From Podospora anserina (taxonomy: Eukaryota), in contig CM030335.1 in NCBI GenBank assembly GCA_017654855.1, positions 1,736,001-1,800,000 on the forward strand: DNA of 64,000 nucleotides, in the 5' to 3' direction. A program made the translations under genes and the position numbers. This document shows positions 25,981-38,300 of the stretch, piece after piece. The stretch's first letter is position 1, and each line of letters begins with the position of its first letter. Under the pieces are notes generated by a model. The model worked only from the letters and a program-made list of their open reading frames with translations. It was not told the DNA's origin and did no database searches.

Positions 25981-27292
25981 GGTGGTTTTGGTGTTGCTGA
26001 TAAGCTAGCTGGCTTGTTGGAGATGGTAGGGACAAGATTGATGTTGTCCTTGTAGGTTGCTGATGATGGTTGTTTTGCAGGATGATGTCGATGAGGACAA
26101 AGAAAGAAGAGGGAGAGAGGAGGAGGAGGAGGAACGGGAGCAGGCTCAGGCGGGGAAATCAAGGGGTATATAGCTGTCCTGTGATCTGCTGCCGCTCGTA
26201 TGGTGCCTGGCTCGACTGTTTCGTCAGACCGGGCGGGGTAATTGTCAGTCGAGTGATCACGTTGGCCAAATCACAGCATCGCGTGACGAGTACATCATCA
26301 TGGAACGACACAGCAGGCTCACCCCAGCGCTGTCCGAACAAGGAAAGGTACCTGGCCCAAGCGTCTTGCAGCACGCTAACAGCCGTCAGCAGGGGGGTTC
26401 AAAGGAATCTGGGGAAAATCCGGGGTAGCAGGGCCAGAGACCCACTGCTGACATGCCCAGTTTCAACCTCACACTTGGAGATCAAAACACAAGAAACACA
26501 ATCCGGCATTGAGAAGGCGCTTGGAAAGACATTGGGAGAAGTTGCACGGTTTTTGCAAGTGTCTGTTGTGATGATATCCCCTCCCAAACATTGGCTGTGG
26601 GGCTCGAGTGACATGGCCGTTAACAGCTCCCCCTCTTCGAGCCTTTGTCTGATGAGAAGCTCTTCGAAGCTGCCCGGTCCCGTCCCACCCGACACAAAGC
26701 CAGCCGTGGTTCAGGTGGGGCGCAGCAATGTGGGGCTGGCCTCCGCGGGGATGGCCTTCACCTCTGGTCATGGTTCATCCCAGCTGTCAGGGCATGTCAC
26801 GAAAAAGACATCCAGATCCTCCGAGGGGCCACAGCATTGATGAAGCATCCACCTGGAAGCCTCGCTCATCGCCTCATCAGCAGCATCAAGCTCAGAGCTG
26901 GGAAGAGGGGGAAGCTGAAGCTCGGGAGGGGAGACATCAAAGGTCCTGTTTTACCCGATTGATCAGCCCTTGTGCCAATGCATCAACCCCTCAACTCAGG
27001 CACAGCACCGGTGGTTGTGTAACAGGAATGCCGTCGAAGAGTGGGGAAGCTCTCTCCCCCTCTTCGATATGCTTCAGTTCGTTGCAGTCTAGATGTGTCA
27101 GGAGGTCGGGCAGTCAAGCTGGCTCCACTGTTGACGTCGTGAGCTGGGATAAAGTTCCCAAGTGCATATGGCCCCCTGTTAGTGCATAAAACGGATCAAA
27201 CGCCGGCCATTGATTGACCTCCGGGTGCAAGGTGGTCCGCTTTTGCTTCACAATTATCGATTCACTGACTATCTACGAGCCTGGGTACCTAC

Positions 27293-29498
27293 TCAAACAT
27301 GCCCTACATCCTCTTTTCTGGGTATTACCGGCAACAGCAGATAGTTCGCATACTGCTTCGAAATATGGACGTAATTTGTGCCTTGGAAGATATCCGGAGA
27401 TCTGCCGCTTATTAGCAATCAGCTGTCATCAAGCCCCGCAAGAAAACCAAACATCCATACCTGTCCACAGCATCATTGTGTAAGAATATCCCAGACCCCT
27501 GGGTATCCCCCGACGCCACCTCCAAAGCCAAGCTCTCCCCTTCTTGAAGAACAACGCAAGTCGGCCACATCTCCACGTCAACAGCGTAGACCTCGCCTTG
27601 AATCACGGGGAGTACATCCCTGCTGGTGTAATCCCGATGCGGCAGCCACGGCTGATGCTTTGGGTGTTTCTCGTTGACCTTTCTCAGTGATACCCTGAGC
27701 CACCCCTTGGTCAAAGGCACAGGATCGCCCGCCGTGCCCGTGTAAAAGATCTCCTTGCCATCCTTGCCAATATGGCGAAGCGTCAGGAACAAGTCGATAT
27801 CCGACGGCGTTGGTCCGCCCACATCAGGGGAGACAGAAACGTTGAGATGGGCGACAATGTGCCCTGTAATCTCCATCTCTTGCCCTGGACCCATGTCAGA
27901 AGGGACAGTCTTGAACGTCAGCCCCTGAAATTCATCAATCGTCCCCAAGGCCCGATATCCCAGCTTTTTTTGCCCCCCTTCGTGAACCCAGTTGTCCATT
28001 CTGGTCATGGCCATGTCCCCTGAAAGATAAAACCTCGCATACTCCGTCCTCTCAATCGGCCACTCCTCCTCCTCTCTCCTCTCAAACGTGTCCCTCTCCC
28101 GCTGGGCATCATTAACGCCCGCATCCCCTTTCCGTATCACCAAATCAACCCTCGCCCTCCTCCCATCAGTCCAACCCCCTCCATCCTCCCCCTTGAGAAA
28201 CGCATCCAAAAAGCTCCTCTGCACCTCCACCTCCTCATCATAATAAAACGGCAGGTCATGCCTCCCGGTGATCATCCTCAAAAACTTCTTTTCGCTCCCC
28301 GCATGTAGATACCCCTGTATGTTCCCCCTCAAATGCAGCAAAATCCCACCCCAGTTTCCAACGCTCAAAACCGGGACGGTAATATCCCCCATATCGTACT
28401 CCTTTTCCCGATAGTACCCCTCATCCCGGTACCTGTTCTCTCGGTTATCAACCGTCTGATCCCTCCTCTCCCTCTCCAACTCCCCCTTTTCCTTCTCCCC
28501 ATTTTCATCCGCCGTCTTCCCCCCCCTTCTGTTCGCGAGTCCGTACTGGTTACCAACAACCTGCCTCTCCCACCACCACCTGACAAACCCATCACTGTAT
28601 ATCCCCCCGTGCCGGCACCGGTCACGGTAGTAATCGCTCATTCCCTCCCACGGGATAATGGCTGCTAAACCTGTCGGTTGGCGGGCAGCTACTCGCCATT
28701 GGGAGCCGGCGTAGTAAGACACGCCTAGCAAGCCTACCTTTCCCGTGGACCAGGGCTGGGACGAGGCCCAGGTTATCAGGGTGACGAAGGCTTCCGAGGT
28801 GGAGCGGGACATTGTATCCAGAAAGCCGGGGGACTGCCCTGTTCCGAGCTCGTCCGCGCGGAGGAGGGCGTAGGAGTGGGCGGTCCAGAATGAGGGGTCG
28901 GGGGTTTCCTGGGGAAAGGAGGTTTGTGAATCAGGGGCTGGGATCAAGGAAGGGCGGCAGGGGGGAGGGGGGATGGGAGAAGGCTTACCCAGCAAGAGTG
29001 AACGGATTTGTGGGCTGGGTTGACTTCGGAGAAGGATTTGGGGTTGAACCTGTAGATAGTACGGGTGGTTAGCCGAGAATCATGCCTGGATGAACTTGGT
29101 CATGGCCCGGACCGGGTTTTATCCCACCTCTGACGAAGCGAAACAATACCAGGTGGTTTTTTCCCGATAGGGAATCACAATCGATATGACCATCGCTGGT
29201 GCGGGGCAACTCACTCGCTATAGGAAATATCCTTCCCGTATGGGCCGTAGGTTACCAACACCGGGACGGGGTTCGTGTCGGAGTCGTGAGGGCGGTAGAT
29301 GTTGCACCGAATCAGGCCGGGGCCAGTGGCCAGGCCGGACACGGGGACGGATACATTCTTGGAAAGGATGTAGGGGAAGGAGGTGCGGTCGTGGGTTGTG
29401 ACGTCGGGGAGGGAGCTGTAATCGCGGTGTTGGGTGGCCGAAGTGGACTTGCCTTCGGTGCCGGAGTGGTTGTCTGGCTTGGGGGCGGTAAGGGTCAT
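27293..29498 (-). CDS. CocE/NonD family alpha/beta hydrolase (peptidase S15, X-Pro dipeptidyl-peptidase-like)
   Basis: PVLVTYGPYGKD, WETPDP, GKVGLLGVSYYAGSQW nucleophile elbow, NWGG..LHLRGN, GDPVPLTKGWLRVSLR; introns ~29214-29050, ~28988-28909, ~27460-27402. Confidence 0.9.
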
Positions 29499-30124
29499 GA
29501 TGCTCAAGACCTGTGTTTATGGTGTTCACAATCGGGAAGCGAGAAGAGCATCCTGGTGGACGTGGGAAAAGGCCACATGCAAGCTTGATGCCCGGATAGC
29601 ACGTACCTGAGTCGCGAAGCTGCCCGGAGGTCCGTCGTCGCACTACATGTGCATGACCCGTCCTTTGAAACCCCTTTCGGTCTTAGGTTTCACTCAGGTG
29701 CATGTGATAGGCGGCTTAGCGATCACACATGCAGAGGTTACAACTCAAAAATGGCCTGTATAAACGCCACCTCGCACCTTGGGTATCAAGCAGACCAACC
29801 CTGACCCAGACTTGCGCACTGTCAAGCAACACCAATCTGTGGGACATGTATGCCTGAATTTGAACCGATATTGATTCCAAAATCAAAGTGCTAGCTATGC
29901 AAAGCTTTTTCTAAAAACAATCCCAGAAGCGCCGCTAAAATGCATCAAATCTTCGCCCGCCCAAAACGCCACAATGCTTGCCCCCCAAAGTCACATTCCA
30001 TCATAGTGGTATCAAATGTCCATCACTCATAACTTCGTCATCCACTTCCCATCCCTCAATACCCCTTGTCGTGCCCGCCAACACCATAATCCCTCTCAAG
30101 CCCGTGCCCTTCCCCCTCTTGCCA

Positions 30125-30532
30125 TCACCCATCCTGCTCCCACCTAGCATTACTATCCCTCCTCACAAAACCCTTCTCCCTCGACGGCGTAGACGGCACC
30201 ATCCACCCCTGCCCACTACCACCCCGCCCCTCCCACTGATATGAACTCCCTGGCCGGCTCATCACCATCGCCTTCCTCCTTTTGATCCTCCACTTCAATC
30301 CTCTTACGACAGCCTGCAACAGCACCCCGAGCACGATCAGGGCCTCCAATAACAAAAGAAAGAACCAGATGCCGTTTAGGAGGTGATCCTCATCTCCGGC
30401 GAGGGCGGCGTGGGGATTGAAGCGCTTTTGGAGGGAGGCGAGGAGCGTGTGGTAGAGGTCGGTGAGGGAGGAGAGGAAGGTGGTGAGGAGCTGAGCGAGG
30501 GGGAGGGTGTTTGGGGGTGAGAGGTTGGGCAT
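30125..30532 (-). CDS. Small single-pass membrane hypothetical protein
   Basis: ORF with a hydrophobic segment (IWFFLLLLEALIVLGVLL) followed by basic residues; TATATA upstream near 30660. Confidence 0.4.
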   Translation of the reverse strand: MPNLSPPNTLPLAQLLTTFLSSLTDLYHTLLASLQKRFNPHAALAGDEDHLLNGIWFFLLLLEALIVLGVLLQAVVRGLKWRIKRRKAMVMSRPGSSYQWEGRGGSGQGWMVPSTPSREKGFVRRDSNARWEQDG

Positions 30533-33500
30533 CGCGTGTCTGCTTTTGTCCTTGCTTTCAGGAAAAAACGATGTCTCTAAAAGGATGTTAGAGATTTGTT
30601 TGAAAATGGTCAAGTAAATACAGGGGGAGAGGGGTGAGACATACCTGGTTTTTGTCTATATAAAAGAAGTTGGGTTCTCGGGGAATTACTCTTGTCCTAG
30701 CGCTTAGATACCTGAATGTCACCTTTGTTGCGGGGGCATGGTATGGCTGTGGTCTTGAATGATGTATTGTATGCAGCAGCGTCCGGGGCGGTGTGGTTGA
30801 TGGCGTCCTTTGAAAATCCTTTCAACTGCCGTAGATGGGACCAGATTGATACCGTCGTGTGTGTCCTTCTGCCCTTCTCCCGCTCTAAAGAAAATGTGCA
30901 ACTGTCCGACCAGCGGGTTCGCGTCTTCTCACATCCAGCCCAAAAGGAAAATGATAATGAGAGAGACAAACCCCTCGTGAAAGTGGCGCTCACGATGGTC
31001 AAAAGTGAGGTGACTGGCAAGAAAATTGGAGGGGTTGACCCACCCAGGCCAGCTAATCCTGGACAAGCGCCAGATGCAGTGCTGAAGTGTGGTCTCTGTA
31101 GTGGTTCCAGTTGGTCCCAGTTGTGGCCTACCAAGTGGGTATGCGGCGAAGCCTGAGTGGGGATTTCTTTTGCGCCTGTCACCGCTTTTTGGCCTGTGAT
31201 TTGTGAAGTTTGTTCTGTTATTATTGTTTTGCTGGAAAATCAAGAGGTGTTGTCCTGATGAGATGGGAGAGATCGTGAAGGGGGAAAAAGACACGTTGAA
31301 ATATTGGCTTACCCGCCCAGGGTCCTGGTCGCTGTGGGATGGCTGCTGTGCGCCCACACCACCACACCCCTAGAAAAAGGAAGGCAAGGTAAGCGGCTCC
31401 CGAGGATGGAATAGATGAAATATTCATCACACCCCTGCACTGGGATTTGTTTGGCAGCTGAGTTGAGGAGTTCAAGCCCAGGTGGGATGGTGGTGGGCAG
31501 GACTGGCTCCCCGTCGGAGTGTGGCTGCTCACCTTGGCCCCCACTGCCTGCCCCCAGTATGTCTGCATTCTGCATCATGGCGCAAGAGAACCTGCAGGAA
31601 CTTCTCCTGCAAGATGGATGATTTTGAGATGCGCGTGAGCAGCTTTCAATATCGGGATTGAAGGTGAATGAGACTGCATTTCTTGGGTGACGAAATCCAT
31701 TCCCGGCCCCCTCTTCGCTTGTAGGTCTTGGCATTGGCGGGCTGCCCCGGTGGATCACAGGTAGCATGCGGTTATTTTTGTGTAAAATAACCGGCATCCA
31801 CCATGTTCTGATGGAGCCGGGGTTGGATCACTTCTGGGTTCAATGTCAACGTCTGGTCTCCGGTCCGGTCAGTGCTCAGAGGCTCCGGTCTTTGTTTACT
31901 TTCGGTCGGCTGGTTCCCCGGCCGATTCAGGGCAAACGCCGAGCTGTCCGTCGCCGGGAACTCTGACTTCAGGGGCAAGGGGTACGCAGTGGTTCCTTTA
32001 TCAACTTTTCCTTTCAAAGCACCTGCTACTCCCCGTGGTGATCCGCAGGCGTTGTCCTACAACTGAATGGTTGTCTGTGTAGGCTTCTAATCCAGAGTGT
32101 CAATGCATGCCTGCAGGGTAATCTCTGAATTAATGATATGTGACGTGGTTTCCGGTAAATATGGTAGTTCTGTGGCGTTGTCTACCGTCTACGACGTGCT
32201 GTGGTCTGTAGTTCAGCATGCAGTTCAGTCCCGGCCAGCTTTAAGATGCCGGGTATTGATATTCACCAGACGGACACACTGTAAGTATCAAAACTTGCAC
32301 ATTGAAGCATTTACCATATGTAGGTCCCCGGCTCTTGATAATAACGCAACAGACAAGACCACCGCAGGAATATCTTGGAGTGTGGATAACCAATTTTCAA
32401 CTTGATGACGACATAGGGCCTCAACAACGCCAGTTGCAGAGACTTCACCATCAATATCAATTGCCCCTTCCTTGCTCAAAGGTGATGATTGTTGACATGG
32501 CCCGAGCGCCCCCTTTTGTTTATCCGCACTGTATCAACGACTGCTTGTTCAGAGCGACTCTCATGTCCTCCACCACCTTGCCCTCGTTGACTTCTTCTCA
32601 TCATCATCCTCGTTATCTCTTGATATTCCGACTTTTTTCAGCTCCAGCTTCGTTACCAGGCTTCACTCATCGTCAGGGAGCCGATGAGCTGCTTACTCGA
32701 CTCCTATCATTCGAAGGGAACCCTCAATCTCCCCATCAACCTAGAAGTCTCTCAGGATGTCCTGTGCCATCTCGCCAATTTTCACCGCCCAGAGTAGCCA
32801 TCAAGGTGTGCTGTGCTCGTCACTGACCAGCCTGTCAGTCTTTCTCCCACAACCACTACTTCCATATCATCTCTGCCCTCGCACTTCTCCTCTCTCTCTG
32901 CCCTCTCTGCCATTTCTTCTCCTCTCTGCCCTTTCTTTTTCCACATCATTGCCTATCTTCTCATCTTTCCCATCATCTATTACTACTACTGTCACTCTAT
33001 CGACCACCAATATACCCTTCTCTATCAAATCCTCACATCTACTCGACTTCAAAGTCCTTCAGGTCGACTCAGTAGCCGCAAATCAACCCTCTTCTTCATC
33101 TTGGGTTACCAAGCAGTCGACGCACGCCCTCCAATACTTTCCTCACAGGTCGAACCTTCGAGTCGGATGTGCTTCAGGCACCAGTTTGACGCGTTCTGGC
33201 ACGTTCTTACCCTGATGACGCACTTTGAAGCCTCAGGCGACTGACTTCGATGCTGTTCTATGGAATCGTTCCTTCCACTCTTCCCTTCGAGTCGCGCACA
33301 AACCACACACTGTCAATATTATTTCACACATTACCCCGCACTATTCTCTCCTTCTACCTCTTCTGACCGTTGCCCTCAGCCTTCTCATCTTTTCCTGCTT
33401 TTACCTTTTGATTCCCTCAACCTCACAACACTCGTCTTCTTTACTTCTTCTGCCTCTATTCTTCTTTACCTTCGTCTTCTCATCTCTTCCAGTTTCGTCT

Positions 33501-33599
33501 TTTTCCATCTTCCTCCTCAAGCTTATTCCACCAAGCCGATCTACTTATGATCGGGCTTCTTCCTCTTGTTCCTCTTTTTCATCTACCTATTCTTCATTT

Positions 33600-33700
33600 T
33601 CCCCTTTCTCTTTTTCGTCTTCTTCTTCTTCTTCTTCTTCGTCTTCTTCTTTGTCTTCTTTTTCGTCTTCTTCTTCGTCTTCTTCTCCGTCTTCTTCACC
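33600..33700 (+). repeat. (TCT/TCG)n trinucleotide microsatellite
   Basis: Imperfect TCTTCT..TCG repeats visible directly. Confidence 0.9.
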
Positions 33701-33837
33701 AATCACCATTACCTACCTCTAGACATCTACTCGAGTCCGACAGCGCATTTTGCCCACATCAGCCGTTGCGCTCTGGGTCACCTATTTGGCTGGTACGTAT
33801 TCCCCTCGTCATTTTCCCCCCATTCTCCTCCAGGCTT

Positions 33838-33903
33838 CCATGATTATACGCAAGCTCGATTACTTGATTTCCAATGAGAATCAACGTGTTGTTGTTCTGA
33901 CAC
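33838..33903 (+). ncRNA. Intronic box C/D snoRNA candidate 1
   Basis: ATGATTA (33840) .. TTGA .. ATGAGA .. CTGA (33897) inside intron 33793-33983 (GTACGT..GCTAAC..TAG). Confidence 0.55.
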
Positions 33904-34063
33904 TGCCCTCATATCCTTCTCTTGTTTCTCTTGATCCACTTCAGATTCGCGGACATCGCTAACTATTGACATTCGATGACTAGATCAAGCCGGTGTACCA
34001 TCTTCCTTCCAGCGGACTGGAGCCTCTTCTTGGTACGTCTTGACATCTCCCAAGCACACAACC

Positions 34064-34142
34064 CACATGATGATCCTTCTTCCCATTTTTGATTCCACTT
34101 ATGAAAAAAAGAAAGAAGATACTCGACTCGTCGATCTGACAG
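34064..34142 (+). ncRNA. Intronic box C/D snoRNA candidate 2, predicted LSU rRNA guide
   Basis: ATGATGA (34067) .. CTGA (34136) inside intron 34033-34209 (GTACGT..GCTGAC..CAG). TACTCGACTCGTCGA before box D is antisense to the LSU 5'-domain sequence TCGACGAGTCGAGTA (recalled, needs checking). Confidence 0.75.
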
Positions 34143-34390
34143 GTATTTTTCCATTGACACTTATATTTTCCGGGATTCCTTGCGGTCGCTGACTTCATGT
34201 GCATATCAGGTCCATCAAGGCATATGCCAGCTTGATCAACCCGACATGTTCTCGGCCCCAACCTCCTGTGGTCAACGGTGTTTCCAGGGCTTCACAGTTC
34301 AACTTCTTCTTTTTGCTGATTCTAGGCCACTGGCCATGTTCACAAGCGGTATGTACACTCTTCATTTGACACCTCATCCCCCTCCAATGG

Positions 34391-34453
34391 CGCATGATGA
34401 CAATGCTGTGCTTGAATGACAATGAAAGCCACCTCTTGGCATTAATCTAATTT
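34391..34453 (+). ncRNA. Intronic box C/D snoRNA candidate 3 (degenerate D box)
   Basis: Perfect ATGATGA (34394) inside intron 34349-~34530 (GTATGT..GCTAAC..AG); D box is only CTAA. Confidence 0.4.
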
Positions 34454-34720
34454 GCCTTTCCTCATTCCTTGCCTTTCACATCTCTGCATTTTTATGGTAC
34501 AATGTGCTAACCATTTGTTCTCTTCAAGGTCGTCAGTCTATTCACAGCCAAGAGCCCACCTCATCTTCGAACTGCCGCGGCAACCTGGACACTGGTTTGA
34601 TACCTCACCACGGCATGCCCCTTGGCTCCTTCACTTGCCATCAACCTTCTTTCAATCAAGCCCGTTCGGCTGCTATTGGTATGTTCATTCCCTCTATTCC
34701 ACTTCTTCCCCAGCCCAATG

Positions 34721-34793
34721 GGTATGATGACACAACGAATTGATTCGACTCAAATATTGTTAAAAATGGGACTACAGAGTACAGATCTGATTT
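34721..34793 (+). ncRNA. Intronic box C/D snoRNA candidate 4
   Basis: ATGATGA (34724) .. CTGA (34787) inside intron 34679-~34868 (GTATGT..ACTGAC..TAG/CAG); D box ~55 nt upstream of the branch point. Confidence 0.65.
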
Positions 34794-35396
34794 GGCCTTC
34801 ACCATCCACATCACCCTTTCCTTCTGGAGTATTCTGTCCACATTACTGACATTGTTTCCGGCTAGCTGCAGAAACGACTAGGTCATCGACTGCCTACTCT
34901 TTTGCAATTGGTATGTCATCTCTTTCACTTCACCACGTTGCTTTTCATTTGCTGACTCGTCTGGTTTTGCACTATCAGGGTCACAATTTCACAACATCTC
35001 CTCTTCAGCTTTGCAACACTCTCCCGTTGTCCTCTCGACACTCCTCCTCTGTTCGTCCTTATTCGCTTACCCAGCTTCGTTTATCCTCCTTCATTCATCT
35101 TCCCCAAGGTTCAAAACCACCTGCTTGTGCGGCCATGGCTTTTCGGCAGTTGACGCAGCTCTTGCTCAGCGAGCTGTCTTTGCTGCCAAGCCCCTGAGCA
35201 TTGTGCTTCCAACCACACAGCCGGCTCTTTGACATCGCTGCCACCGACCCTTCCTTTCCCGTCCATCCTTCCTCGATCACACTTTTCCTATCTTTTCTTC
35301 ATCCCCTTCATGTTCCCACCCCTTTTCTCACCACCGGTAGCCAGCGTTGCCTCTCTTCCCCCATCCCCTTCCCAACCATCACCATCACCACCCACC

Positions 35397-38300
35397 GGCC
35401 CAATGATGGCACAACAGGACCCCTGTCTTTGCTCTTGGCACGGCATTGACAGCCCTGTTTCTGAGGGCCAAGGGGAAGCCAGGACGGTACACCCGACGCA
35501 TGGGCTTTCCCTTCCTGGCCGCAACTCGGGTTACTGTACCAGGTTTTCGGAGTTGTTTTCTTTGAGGGGGGGTGGCTGAGGACGTGGGTTCGTTGTCGGG
35601 CTCGCTTCGCCCCGCGTAGGTCATCCTCCTGGGTCCCTGGAGCCCACATTTCCATTTCTTTCTGCCCTCATGATGATGAGGTGGGCAAGCTCCTTTGCAG
35701 ACGCGGGGGAGTACTGTTGCACGTGCTGAGGGCAGATTTTCACCCATCGTTCTGTAGCGCTTTGCCGGCGCGAGGAAACGACTGTGTGCGTGGAAAGGCT
35801 TGTTGTGTTCTCATACTGAGACGCGATCAAGGAGCCTAACTGGGTGGCAATCAGGCACGCGCTCGGGGGCATCATCAAGTTCGTTCGCCGGAGCACTCTC
35901 TGGTTCGCTTGAGGGAGCGTTGAACTCGGAGATCATTTCGAAACTCGGTTTTCCCTCGACCTTGCGAGCGCAGTACAGTGTGTATCAGACGGGTTGGAAG
36001 ATCTTCACCCCGGATGGACTCTCGTCTGTTGGCTGGTGGTCAATGGGTGGACAACACCATCAAGATCGCCACATGCATGGTGTTTTGCGTCTCGGGCCTA
36101 TCACTAGCGCGGAGGTTAAGACTGAGGACGAAATCGCTTGCTTGACGATGTCGGCTGGCTTTCCGAGATCTGTCTCGCGCCTGTCAAGGTTTGTTGGGGT
36201 GTTTTTCTTTCTCTTCCCATTCCCCCTTCCCCGAGAGTTGTTGCGGTGTTGCTTTTCTTTCTCTATTTCCCCGTTGTTGTTGCCAGTTGGGCTTGGTGTT
36301 TCTTTTTCTTTTTTGTCGGTTGTTGTTGGGGTGTTTCTTTTCATTCGGGCCCCTGTTGGCAGTTGGTGTTGTCGGTTGGGGTTTCACTCTATCTGCCCCT
36401 ATTCAGTTGGTGTTGTCAGTCGGGGTGTTGTTGGGGGTGTTCCTTTACCTGCCTTCTGGCCCAATGATGACACGACATTCTGCTCTGCAAACGCAACAAT
36501 CTGTCTATCCTGAGGGCTTCTCCTGGAACAGAGGAGTCTTTTTTCTCAGTCTTCTGCATCTGGATTTGGCGATGGATGTTGCTGGGGTGGTCCTTTTTTC
36601 CCCTGCTGTTTTTCAGTTTTTCTTTTCTCTGGTCGATGATGAGAATGTCTGCCACTGACTAGACTTCTGAGACCCTCTTTTCTTTCTACTTCTTTTGTTT
36701 TCTTTCCTCTCCTTTTCAGCCTTTTTTCCTGTCTTTTCCAACCGTTTTCTTGTCTTGTCTTTTCCTTTCACACACCTCCGGTTTTTGCCTTTCCCCTTAT
36801 TTGGCCTGTGACATATATGTTAGTCAAGAGGCTGACAGACTTCTGAGGCTTACTTCCTTCTTTCTTTCTTTTCTTTCTGGTTTTTTCCGCTTCTCTTTTG
36901 CCTTGCTTTTCTATCTTGCTTCTTATTTTCTTTTCTATTTCCCTTTTCTGCCCCTGCGGTTTTGCATTTCCTTCACTGCTGCCCGTGATGAATATGTCGG
37001 CCAAACGGCTGGGACATCTGAGGCTCCGTTTCTTTTTTCTTTTGTTTTTTCTGTTTTCCTTTTCGCTTTTCCTTCTGTTTTGCCCTTTTTTTTTCCTCTC
37101 TTTTCTTACCTTTTTCTCCCTTCATTTTTATCTCCTTTTCTTTCACTTTTTATTCCCGCTTTTATTCTGTTTTCTTTTCTTGTTTTCTTTCCAGTTTTTC
37201 CCTCATTTTTCTCTTCAGTTCCTGCATTTTCATCATCATATAGCCCATGATGAGTTTGTCAGCAACGGCTAGACATTTGAGGCTCTTTCTTTTCTCACCT
37301 ACTCTCCCCTCTTAGATTTTTTTATGCCTGTTCCAGGCTACTTTTCTTACGTTATATTTTTCCATGAACTACTGAAGCTCAACACCGACGCTCAACAAGA
37401 CCAATGATGAAAGTGTCTCGCCGAGACTCTGAGGTTTTTCACTTTTCTCTGTGGGACCTGGGGGATCACTTTGGCTGCCTGCTTGTTTTTTTCTCTAGGC
37501 AAGTCCAATTCTTCGTCTTTTTCTCAGACTGGCTTTTGTCAGTGACGTTCGACTGTGAGATATGGCACCGATGACAATGGCAGACCTATACAGGGCTTGG
37601 CTTGCTAGTCTGAGGTCTTGCGCAGTTGCCCGACATACAGGGCGTACGGATTTGAAGAATACACGTGGGGTTGGTGGTGGACATCAGGACCATTTTTCTT
37701 TCTCATGTCCGCTTTTGTTTCCTTTTCTACTTTTTCTTCCCTACCCTTCGTTGCCTTGTTTCAATCGTTCTTCACCTCTTTTCCCTTTACTTTTATCCTT
37801 TTCCTCCCCTGTTCGCATTTCTCTGCTCTTTTTACCTTTCTCTGCCGTCTTTACTTTTCTCTTTCCCGTTCCCCGTTTTATCTTACAACATCACACCTCT
37901 TTCATGCGTCTTAGCGCAGGCATTTTCACCCAAACACGAAGAGTTTCACAGACCGATGATGACATATGCACACACATCCCTCCCGTCGTTTCGTTTCTCG
38001 CGGGAGAGAGACCTGTTTATTTTCTCGAAGGTCTAGTGCCACACACAGTTTGAGGTCATCATTTTCGCCTGGTCGTTTCTCACGTTTGGAGAGGGCTTCG
38101 TCAAACAACCACACTTTTGCTTCTACCTTTATTTGTCTTTTTTTCCCTTCATTTCTGCTGTCCTTACCCTTCTTTTTCACATTTTCTTTTCTACACTATC
38201 CTTCCCTCTTGTCCTTCTTTAGGCTTTCACAAAGTTTTTCTCCTTTTGACACCGAAACTATCAGAGACCAATGATGATAATCACCCCCGCATTGCTTTTC

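Noticed and set aside
30697-32017. Minus-strand ORFs with possible introns
   Set aside because: Could be a hypothetical gene, but I could not build a consistent model.
33212-33244. CTGATGA...CTGA mini C/D pair
   Set aside because: No closing stem and non-purine first base; not counted in the array.
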